The notes beneath the pieces were generated by a model. That model made no database searches. It was not told the DNA's origin and saw only the letters and a list, made by a program, of their open reading frames with translations. The position numbers were made by a program, and so were the translations under genes. A DNA stretch of 64,000 nucleotides from Octopus sinensis (Eukaryota): positions 58,106,464 through 58,170,463 of the forward strand of contig NC_043011.1 of assembly GCF_006345805.1 (NCBI RefSeq), given 5' to 3'. Below are positions 39,004 through 49,789 of the stretch, piece by piece (position 1 is the first letter of the stretch; each line of letters begins with the position of its first letter).

Positions 39004-39628
39004 AAAGAATGACTGTAATATGAAGTGTCATTAAATGTCTTTTCCAGGTGGGGATATTTAGTTAGACATGAACTGGACCAATTCAGGCCGAAACCTTTCT
39101 AGAATCAAAGAGAGTACGACGTTTCAATATAAAAAATCCCCATAGATAAGCCATTTGCAGTTTTTTTTTGTTAATATATATATATATGCCTAAGTGGAAA
39201 ATATTCCATCGATTCAAAGAGAGTTTGAGGACTGCGAATCTATCATAAGTCCATGACAATCGATATGGATTTTATATCTTTAGCACATGTGTAATTATAG
39301 TGTTGTATTGAAAAGAAACAGATTTCAAGTTCAGAAAAGAACTCTGTCTGGCGCAGGGCAACCATCGACGAAAATGAGACGCAGTGACGAACGGGATTGG
39401 GGTTGGCAAATATTTAAGAGGAAGGACAAAATATGAGGGAGGAATATCATCTGCATATAACACAAAAAAAAGCATTGGGATTAACAGTAATACTATTTAT
39501 CCTTTCTACTAAAGGCACAAGGCCTGAAATTTCAGGGGAGGGAGATAGTCGATTACAGAGACTGAAGTACTTAACTAGCACTTATTATATCAGTTGACCC
39601 CGGCGGAATTTCCACTCACAACGAAACC

Positions 39629-39697
<69 letters not shown>

Positions 39698-39747
39698 TAA
39701 TAATAATTTTAATAATTTTAATAATTTTAATAATAATAATAATAATT

Positions 39748-39812
<65 letters not shown>

Positions 39813-39991
39813 TTTAAATTTTGGCACACGGCCAAAAATATCAGCGAAAAAGGTAAATTGACTACGTCGACCCCAGGACCTAGTTGGAACTTCCATTTTA
39901 TCGACGTCAAAAGGTCGAAAGTCACAGTCAAGCTCGGAGGAATAATAATAATAATAATAATAATATCTTCCTTATATCTCCCGGGTGGGAG

Positions 39992-40164
39992 ATGGGCTGA
40001 ATCCTGGAAGTACTGCTATACCAGGCCAACCCGTGGCAAAGGCGGAGCAAGCCCCTAACTCTTCGCCTCGTTCTAAAAATCAGTTTAATATCGATAGTCC
40101 CAAATAGGCACCGTATCAGATATTAAGCTGATAAGAACAGATACTACACTTTGATCTTAGCCAA
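39992..40164 (-). pseudogene. U2: U2 spliceosomal snRNA copy lacking the first ~16 nt
   Basis: Minus strand: TTGGCTAAGATCAAAGTGTAGTATCTGTTCTTATCAGCTTAATATCTGATACG (branch-point recognition GTAGTA), Sm site ATTTTTAG, stem-loop III GAGGCG/CGCCTT, stem-loop IV CCTGG-TATAGCAGTACTT-CCAGG. The 5' ATCGCTTCTCGGCCTT is absent. Confidence 0.92.
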
Positions 40165-40440
40165 CAATAATATCATCCGTAAAATGTCCTTATACAGGGG
40201 CTTCTTAAGCGAGATTGGCTACTCGACCTGAAGAAAATTCTGACTGGGTCTACCTGCAGGGTCATACGGTATTTACCTTGGTATGGCATCTCCACATCGC
40301 ACACATGGTTGTGATGCATATGACTGCATCACACTTATGAAATGAGTAGTCTTGATGGGTATATCGGGCTGCGTTTGTTTGCACCCTTGTTGCAACTGGA
40401 CGGTGTGTGCTGCTTTCTCATTCGTTAACAATAATAATAA
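40165..40440 (+). mobile_element. Probable 5'-truncated retroelement 3' UTR ending in (AAT)n
   Basis: Non-coding, ends 'gctgctttctcattcgttaacaataataataa'. It resembles a recurrent octopus repeat I recall; identity not verified. Confidence 0.4.
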
Positions 40441-40632
40441 CTAGCGGGACTCGTAAATATTTCACGGAATTAATGGTAAACATATTGGGTTATATCAGAA
40501 AACTTTATCCAAATCACCGGAAAGTGTAAGCCTGTGTTGTGTCGTCTGTATGGAAAAGAGTCGCTCTTCTGCTATTTATGAAAAGTAAAAGAAACTGGAA
40601 TATAACGATACCTTAATGCGCTTTATATATAC
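40441..40632 (-). mobile_element. Helitron-like remnant
   Basis: A-CTAG at 40440-40444 with nearby hairpin TCGT/ACGG; the far end 'gctttatatata' resembles the 5' end of the 3743-4138 Helitron. Confidence 0.45.
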
Positions 40633-40649
40633 ACTTTATATACTTTTAT

Positions 40650-40911
40650 GGTCCCTGGAACAGAGGGTGCAGGTGGTGCAAGTGTACTCCCTAGAATTTT
40701 TGTGGAATGCAGAACCAAAATTTGCAGCCCTACTTATTTTCCTCGGGTTTAGAAAACGGTAAATAAAAAGTGATGTGTAAAAAGTAGCTTGAAGTTATGT
40801 TCCTTCTCAAAGAACAAAACACAACAAAAATAACAAAAAAAAGACCTTGTTTGTAAATATTTTTGGACCTGAGTTTGCAGCCCCTAAGCAAATTTCATTC
40901 CCGAGCCAGTG
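40650..40911. mobile_element. Possible MITE with ~10-bp flanking direct repeat
   Basis: Flanks TATACTTTTAT (40639-40649) and TATACTTTAT (40912-40921); only weak subterminal inverted similarity. Confidence 0.3.
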
Positions 40912-41493
40912 TATACTTTATGCACAATTTTAAAGACTTAATACACATTCATTCTAATATATACATATTCTTTCTTATTTTTCCATTTCCCCCATAAAGA
41001 ACAAAAAAAAATATCTCGAACATATGTTTTAGTTAAACTGTATATACCTGTCACGTAGATAAACATCAATATTTCACAGAATTGCATTTATGCGCATGTG
41101 TTAAAGGATAGGTAATATAAAAAGAATTTAGTGGATTTTGAGAAATACACTTTTCACTATCCAATCACCACCACCACCACCACCACCACCACCATCATCA
41201 TAATATATCTCCCCCTCACTCTCCCTGCCTATCTATCTTCCTCCCTCTCTCTCTCTCTCTGCCTATCTATTTTCTCCCTCTCTCTCCCTCATCTCTCCGT
41301 CCTTCTCCCTCTCTCTCTTTCTCTCTCTTTCTCTCTCCCAAAAGATTACACACACACACACATTCAGACAGATACACACGCCCACACAAACATGTACAAA
41401 TAAAAACGTATATCTCCAAACATAAAAACACACAGACCCCCCCACCGCACAATATCAGTCGTAGAAAACAACTGTCTCCCCAACATAGACGCG

Positions 41494-41533
<40 letters not shown>

Positions 41534-41765
41534 CACTCGAACAAACATGGACAGATATATAAAAACAAGGATTTTTATGGCTCTTCAATTCCCTTTCCAA
41601 AGTCACACTTTCCAGCAGTTTTTGTTTGTCTGTTTGTTCATAAGAGTGCAAAAAAGGTTTCCATGCACACACAAACACACACATACACAAACTCACGCAC
41701 ACACATAAATACACACGCACACATACTCCCTCCCCCTCTCTCTCTCTCTCTCTTACACACACACG

Positions 41766-41806
<41 letters not shown>

Positions 41807-41844
41807 GTATGTATGCATATATATTCATAGGTGTATATATATAT

Positions 41845-41892
<48 letters not shown>

Positions 41893-42579
41893 TTTACAAG
41901 TATCCATCTTCTATTTATGTGTATTTCAATACATTCGTATATAAATACACATATACGTCCACACATGTACACACACAAATACACACAAGCACTCGCACAT
42001 ACACACATATATATATATGCATATGTGAGCATGTATATATATATATATATGTGTATATGTATATGTACATGACAACACACATCTGTGCATATTTGTGTGT
42101 GTGCATATTTTGTGTGTTGTCTGTGTCTCGTCCACGCACAGAGATTTGTATGTATATATATATTATATATATATGTGCACGTATGCCTGTGTGCAAGTGT
42201 GTGTACTTGTATATACACCTATGCGCATTCTGTGGGTGTGTCTGTGTTTGTGAGTACGAGTGCAAAGTGTCTCTGTGCTTCTCTTCTCTATTTTGTTTTC
42301 TGTTTTGTCATAGTGATTCGCCATCCTCCGACACTTGCTGTAATTTGTATCATTCATCTTCGCCTGTGAATGATTCCTCATTGAAAACTCAGTCTTCGGG
42401 ATTGCAAGGAACCTACAGCTGTTATTTGCAATATTCTTCTGCTCCGTAAATGCCGTAACTGCGAAAGGGCTTCGAAATTATTGTCCCTGGTCTGTTATTA
42501 TGGTTGGAATCATCTGTTACAGAAATCTGTTGCGATTATTTTAAGCAGCAGTAATTTTCAAGCGATGGCGATAACGAAA

Positions 42580-42801
42580 ACGGCGATGCTGTTGATGATG
42601 AGGTGAGGAGGAGGAAGAGGAGGAGGAGGAGGATCAATATGAGAATGATGACGACGACGACGATGCTGTTGCTGCTAATGACAATGATGATGATGGAGGA
42701 GGAGGAGGAGGAGAAAGAGGAATGAGATCGTGATTATGATGATAACGACACCGTGTGTCACCGCCGACGAAGACGACGATGTCGATGTCAACGATGAGGA
42801 C

Positions 42802-42851
<50 letters not shown>

Positions 42852-43087
42852 CGACGACGACGGCATTGGCGTAATGTCGAGATAAAAAAAAGAAACATAA
42901 CAGAAGAGTCTTAATAGAATGGCAATGTTACGATTTCAATTGGAATGTCATTTAACATTGTCAATATTTTACTCTTTCTTTTACAATTGTTATCACAAAA
43001 TTGCTCTTTATTATTATTATTACTATTATTATTATTATTATTATTATTATATTATTATTATTATTATTATCATTATTATTATTATTA

Positions 43088-43120
<33 letters not shown>

Positions 43121-43136
43121 GTTGTTGTTGTTGTTG

Positions 43137-43179
<43 letters not shown>

Positions 43180-43324
43180 CCTTTTTGTTATTATTATTAT
43201 TATTAATATTATCATCATTATCATCATCATCATCTTCATCATCATCATCATCATCATTATCATCATCATTATTTATATATTATTATTATTATTATTATTA
43301 TTATCATCATCATCATCATCATCA

Positions 43325-43385
<61 letters not shown>

Positions 43386-43443
43386 CATTATTATTATTAT
43401 TGTTGTTGTTGTTGTTGTTGTTATTATTATTATTATTATCCTT

Positions 43444-43478
<35 letters not shown>

Positions 43479-43482
43479 CATT

Positions 43483-43514
<32 letters not shown>

Positions 43515-43516
43515 TA

Positions 43517-43562
<46 letters not shown>

Positions 43563-43690
43563 CATCCTCATCATCATCATCATCACCATCATATTATTAT
43601 TATTATTATTATTATTATTGTTATTTTAATGATTATTATTATCATCATCATCATCATTATTATTATTGTTGCTATTATTATTATTATTAA

Positions 43691-43727
<37 letters not shown>

Positions 43728-43775
43728 TTATTATTATTATTATCATTATCATTATTATTACTATTATTATCGTAT
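42580..43775. repeat. GAT/GAG then (ATT)/(CAT)/(GTT) microsatellite field with a 260-bp internal duplication
   Basis: The unique marker 'ctttttgtta' occurs at 43181 and 43441. Confidence 0.9.
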
Positions 43776-44529
43776 GCTTTATTATTTGGTCTTTTTTTGC
43801 CGAGGAAAACAAAAAAAAAAAGAAAAACTATATAAAATATGGAGTGAACGTTTATATGCTGCATAGGGAAGCGTCGTAACTTGCGCTGTCGTTTTCCACA
43901 GCGTTAAATTATTAGCGCTTGAAATATATATATTTTTCGTTTATAAAAAACAATGATGGTTCGTGAGTATTTATCGCGTTGCATGTGTATGCGGCCGCGC
44001 GCGCTTGTGTGTGTATGTTTCTGTATGTAAGTATTATGTGTGTCTGCAGGAGGGGTTATGTATGTGTTTGTTTTTAGCATTCAGAAATGTCTTCAACGTT
44101 TATTACTTTTTGTTATCGAGCAAAAAAGAAGATATGTCAACGAGTTAATGGGATATACATGTGTGCGTATGTACATATATACGCTTGTGTGTGTGTATGT
44201 ATGTATATACGAGGACACCCACGTTCTCACACACGCATACATACATACATACATACATACATACAAAAATTATATATATATATATATATACTTATATTTA
44301 TGAATCCTTAAGCAGGCGTAAATATGTGTGTGTTTGTGTGTCAGTGTATATGTGTATACATACACGGAGAAGGAGTGGTATGGAGAGATAGAGAAAGAGA
44401 GAGGGAGAGAGGGAGTGAGAGAGAGACAGGATGATAGACAAAGGAAGTAGGTTAGTTAGACAGATAAATAGACAGACAGATACAAAAAGAGAGAGAGAAA
44501 GAGATGGATAGATAGGTGGATGGAGAGTA

Positions 44530-44582
<53 letters not shown>

Positions 44583-44913
44583 AGATAAGATGAATACATA
44601 GATAGAGTGATGGATAGATATATATATAGATAGTAGATAAGATAGATAGAATAGATAGTAGATAGTAGTAGCAGATATGATAGATATTAGCAGTTATATA
44701 GATAAGGTTTCTTTAAATGAGAATCTGTACCACATATTCTGAAAGTGTGAATTATTTAAACATATGTATATACGTAAATACACAATGCGCATACACACAC
44801 ATAAGTATGTATATGCATGCGTACATATACATGCATATATATATAAATACACATACAGGTATATACATATATATATATGTGTGTGTATACATACATATAT
44901 ATATATATATATA

Positions 44914-44955
<42 letters not shown>

Positions 44956-45535
44956 TAATATATATAATACATACATTATTCATATATATACATACATGCA
45001 TGTATTCATACATACATAAATACATACATACATACATGTAGGTGCAATTTGTATAGGGAGTAGGAATGGAAGGCAATTATTAAAATAATAAGAAAAATAT
45101 TACAAGAAAATTGATTTAAATAATAGAAACAGGAGTGGTGATATAAAAGATATCCAGGGTTTTTGAATGGGATGAGAAATAACTGATAGAAAATGGGGAA
45201 CTTTATGTTGGAAGAGGATATATATTGTTGACATTCATGGAGATAAAAAAGGAGCGAGAATCGTGAGGAGAAACAGAAGAGTGAGAAAGAAAAGGAGAGA
45301 GACAGATAGATAAATAGAGAGAGGGAGAGAGGGGAGAGATCGAATGAGAGAGAGAGAGTGACTGTATGTAGCTGATATTGAGAACCTACCAAGAAAATGA
45401 TGGCGCAATATGAAATGACATTTGCTGAAGATGAAATATTGAAATAGGAAAGAGATTAAGGATGTGCCTGTGTATGTTTGGGTACATTCATGCACACGCA
45501 CCTCCCCCCACATATACACACGTACACACATACAT

Positions 45536-45567
<32 letters not shown>

Positions 45568-45693
45568 TATATGTATGTATTTATCTATCTATATATGTAT
45601 TTATATAATTAAGAATAAGATCGATATTTAAATAGCGATATTATCAGGTGGCCACCATGGGAATAAAAACCTGCAAAGGCAATAATTATTTGG

Positions 45694-45860
45694 AATTATA
45701 ATTTAGGGTATCTAAGAGATACCACCACGCCGAAAATGGCAGTCAAAGCGATTCTAAAACCACATAAAATATTCATAATGTTCAAATAAACATTTAATGT
45801 GGTGTTACAGTCAAATTTCGACTGCGTGGTGGTATCTCTTACATACCCTAAATCATAATT
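45694..45860. mobile_element. ~167-bp MITE-like fold-back
   Basis: 37-bp inverted arms at 45694-45730 and 45824-45860 with 2 mismatches (aattataatttagggtatctaagagataccaccacgc). Confidence 0.7.
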
Positions 45861-45932
45861 ATACACACACACACACACACATACACACACAGACATATAT
45901 ATATAAGTATCTATATACATATACACCTATAT

Positions 45933-46247
45933 ATCACGTGCTCACGTGACCGACCAGGGTATCAGATGTTGCTACACATCGCTGGTCACAATGCGTTCGC
46001 ATTGTTTTAGCCTTCGAATGACGCCACCCCGCTGGCTAAGCGAGCAGGCCAACAGAAGAAAGAGTGAGAGAAAGTTGTGGTGAAAGAGTACAGCAGGGAT
46101 CGCCATCACCCCCCCCCCTGTCAGAGACTCGTGGGGCTTTTAGGTGTTTTCGCTCAATAAACACACACAACGCCCGGTGTGGGAATCGAAACCGCGATCC
46201 TAGGACCGCGAGTCCGCTGCCTTAACCACTGGGCCATTGCGCCTCCA
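45933..46247 (-). mobile_element. Family C SINE head with an alternative tail
   Basis: 46050-46247 matches 17960-18144; the tail at 45933-46050 instead matches 3150-3200. Confidence 0.85.
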
Positions 46248-46294
46248 CTACATCTATATATATACGTATATATATATATATATATATATATTAT

Positions 46295-46343
<49 letters not shown>

Positions 46344-46930
46344 ATATATAATATATAATATATAGACAGATAGGTAGATAGATATAGATAGATATAGATA
46401 TACAGATAGCTAGTTAGATAGATGGATATGTAAAGGCAAGATCTAACGATCAAGATTTATAAAGTTAGTGAGCTTCAAGCAAATCTGTAGATTCTCAGGA
46501 ACGATAGTGATTTACTGGCGCAGAAGGAGGTGAATTTTTGCTGTATCGGACTACGTGAAGCTGAAACAAGTTAATTTTAAAGTTCCCAGTTAGCAACAGC
46601 AGTTGTGGTATATGCGAATAAACATCCCCAAATCAGGGATTCCTTACATAAAAATCTATGCTACATATATTTCATTTCGATCGACATCCCAACGAGTTAA
46701 TACGAGATCTTCTACGACAACATAAACTTCATACAATCAAGGTATCCTTGGCTTGAGGAGTAGCTTGTTGTCTACCCTTCGTCTGGACAATTTACTACAT
46801 CCGAGATTCCGCTAGCCTTCATATGTATCCAGGATTTCATGAACTCTATTGCCTAATTTTTGCAATATATAAATCGTAATGGTAGATCGCTAGCCACTAC
46901 ACATTCTTTATTTTTTCTCCTTGTTTCTTG

Positions 46931-47097
46931 CTTTAATCTCGAAACGCGCATATAGTTAATCCTGGTCGTGTTGATTCATTGTTTTTCTCTTTGCCTACAT
47001 AAAAAAGCATGTTATTCTGATGGAATTTCTTACAATAGTAGAAAAGGAATTTTTAACTCCTATTTCTAAATTCGGTGTGTGGTGAAGCAATTAGCTG
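46931..47097 (+). repeat. Left arm of a 167-bp inverted repeat (partner 48573-48739)
   Basis: About 6 mismatches by eye; contains the 3' half of an HHR (CTC-GAAAC-GCGCA-TATAGT). Confidence 0.9.
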
Positions 47098-47225
47098 TTC
47101 CTTTCTGTGAAAGAGCGTGGGCTCGAAACGTAAAAGACTTTTTCTATTCCTGAGCGTTATACTAATACATCTGTTTGTTGTCTACATCACCTGTGTTCTT
47201 TTGTTTTTTTGTGAATTCTCCCTAT
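47095..47225 (+). mobile_element. Short element with a decayed minimal HHR (47101-47136)
   Basis: CTTT-CTGTGAA-A-GAGC GTGG GCTC-GAAAC-GTA-AAAG. Stems I and II are intact; the CUGANGA box is damaged. Confidence 0.5.
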
Positions 47226-47226
47226 G

Positions 47227-47263
<37 letters not shown>

Positions 47264-47498
47264 AAGTTTTGTATTAGAAGATAATCAACCGGTGTTTGTT
47301 GATCAAAAGTTTTCTCCATCTGCTTATTTTCAATTTGATTCCTGACAAACTCTTGTTTGTTCTGTTGTTACATGTACCCTATGAGCATAGTGTGCTTGCA
47401 AACCCATGCACAGGGATAAAATACGTAAATGATACTCGCAGTTAGAACGGATATTCTTATCCCTTAGACGGTTAACCAAACAACTAACTCTACCGACC

Positions 47499-47539
<41 letters not shown>

Positions 47540-47612
47540 ATATATAGGTGTGTGTGTGTGTGTGTGCGCGCAGGCGTGAGTGTGAGTGCGCGCAGGCGTG
47601 TGGGCATGTGCA

Positions 47613-47945
47613 CGCAGACATGGGTGCGTGGTAAGAAACTTGCTTTCCAGCCATATATTTCTGGGTTAAGTCCCATTGTGTGTCAACTCTTCTACTGTGG
47701 CCTCGGGCTAACCAGATGCCTGTGAGTGGACCAGGTTGAAAGAAGCCCGTCGTATATATGTATGTATATATATATATGTGTGTGTGTATGTGTGTCTCTG
47801 TGTGTGTGTGTGAATATGTGTGTGTGCGTGTTTGCGTATACTTTTGTCATCGTAATGGTTCAGCCAGAGAGTTCGATAGAATGAGTATCAGTCGTAAATA
47901 ATAAGATACGGGAACTAAACATTCTTCACAGCTTTGCCACAGCAT
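47613..47945 (+). mobile_element. SINE family B, diverged
   Basis: 'gtggtaagaaacttgctt...tcttctactgtggcctcggg...aagaagcccgtcgtatat'. Confidence 0.7.
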
Positions 47946-48572
47946 CCCCGCGGTGTAACGACTACGGTGCGTTTCGGCTGAGTGCTGTCATTCACATTTG
48001 CTCTTTTAAAGTGCATTATGAAGTTGAAAAAAAAAGCTTCGTCAGAGCATAATCTACAGAAATTCTTCACATCTGTTACAACGTGAAATTCTATCCGTTA
48101 GGATTTGAAAAATATCAGTCAATTTTGCCCTGAGGACGCTTTTTGCTTTCTTCAACATTATAATACACTTTAAAAGTGGAAGCATGAGTGGCAGCAATCG
48201 GCCGAAATGCAGCGTAGGAAATAAGATTGAACTTATTCATTTACCCGGACTATGATAATAAATTGATGCCTCTATGTATGTATTCTCCCTTTTCTTTGAA
48301 ATTTAGAAATCTTTTTCCTCCTATATCGAAAATGACGGAAATATCTATAGTGACAACTAGAATTTCAGAAGTATAAACTACTAATATTGAAGAGGAACCA
48401 AAGATAAACATTAGTACATATGCAAGTTAAAAACTTCCAGCATCGTTAATCGATATTAAAGCAAAACTGGTGTAATCTTGGATAATATATTCCTAAGAAA
48501 GAACAATTTCTTTCTATATAGACTTATATATACACATATTTTATCATTATAAACATAATTATAATTAGGGTT

Positions 48573-48776
48573 CAGCTAATTGCTTCACCACACACCGAAT
48601 TTAGAAATAGGAGTTAAAAATTCATTTTCTACTATTGTAAGAATCTCTATGAGAATAACATGCTTTTTTATGTAGGCAAAGAGAAAAACAATGAATCAAC
48701 ACGACCAGGATTAACTACATGCGCGTTTCGAGATTAAAGTCTTTAAAAATTTACTTACTTCTCTCATCAGTGTAGT
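48573..48776 (-). mobile_element. Right arm of the inverted repeat, with a complete HHR-like fold at 48714-48776
   Basis: Minus strand: ACTACA-CTGATGA-GAGA[AGT AAGT..ACTT TAA]TCTC-GAAAC-GC-GCA-TGTAGT. Stem I is 6 bp perfect; the triplet is GCA rather than GUH. Confidence 0.7.
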
Positions 48777-48960
48777 ATTTCCAATTATATGATTTAAAAG
48801 TGCTAGGGTTAAATATGCACAGGATCAAGCCACATCATGTAACAGATACCCAACCAATTGTTAAAAAACTTGAGAAGAGGTAAGGTATTGACGAATTAAA
48901 TAGGAGAAAAGTGAAAGACACTTAAATATGTAATAGGGAAGGAACGATTTAAACAGCGAC

Positions 48961-49093
48961 AATTTGTCCTCATTTTGTTTGTTGTTAACACAACGTTTCG
49001 GCTAATATACCCTCCAGCCTTCATCAGGTGTATTGGAGAAATTTCGAACCTGGGTTCTCATTCTTAAGGTTTATTATTATTATTTCGATGTTA

Positions 49094-49177
<84 letters not shown>

Positions 49178-49268
49178 GCCCGTGGGCATATGACGTAGTG
49201 GTTAAGAGCGCGGGCTATTAACCAGAAGATTCCGAGTTCAATTCCAGTTAGTGACCTGAATAATGATA

Positions 49269-49300
<32 letters not shown>

Positions 49301-49490
49301 AATAATAACAACAACAATATCGAAAAATACCTTAGGCATGAGAACCCAGGTTCGAAATTTCCCCAAGACACCTGATGGAGAGTATATCAGCCGAAACGTT
49401 GTGTTAACAACAGACAAAAAGAGGACAAATATCCGCCGAATGTAAATAATGTAAATAATGTACATAATTCCTCATCTCTTATATATAGAA
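48961..49490. mobile_element. Head-to-head fold-back of a tRNA-headed, HHR-bearing element
   Basis: Arms ~48965-49095 (-) and ~49310-49430 (+). tRNA-like head at 49184-49258 (A box TGACGTAGTGG, B box GAGTTCAATTCC). Junction palindrome ATATGCCC-gt-GGGCATAT. HHR at 48987-49031 (-); the + copy has a 7-nt deletion in core/stem II. Confidence 0.8.
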
Positions 49491-49789
49491 CGGTATTATA
49501 GAAGGAATATTTGAGAGGCAAAATGTGATCTTATGAAAGAAGTCTATGATAAGGAAAGAAACTTCTGGAACATGTGTGAAAGAGAAGTGCTAAACAAGAA
49601 GGAATTATAAAATATAACGAAAATAGAAATAATGAAGAAAAAAAGGAGAACCAAAGGAAGACCCAGCATTGGGTTGGTTTAAAGAAGGAATCCAAAAATG
49701 TCGGAGTAAGTGAAAGAGATAAAGTCTTAAAGAGAATAGAAAGATGGAAGTGCAAAAAAGAAGAAAAAGCACAAGTAGAATATATTCTT

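Noticed and set aside
17759-49258. tRNA-like sequences at SINE heads as functional tRNA genes
   Set aside because: They have A/B boxes but no complete cloverleaf and run into SINE bodies.
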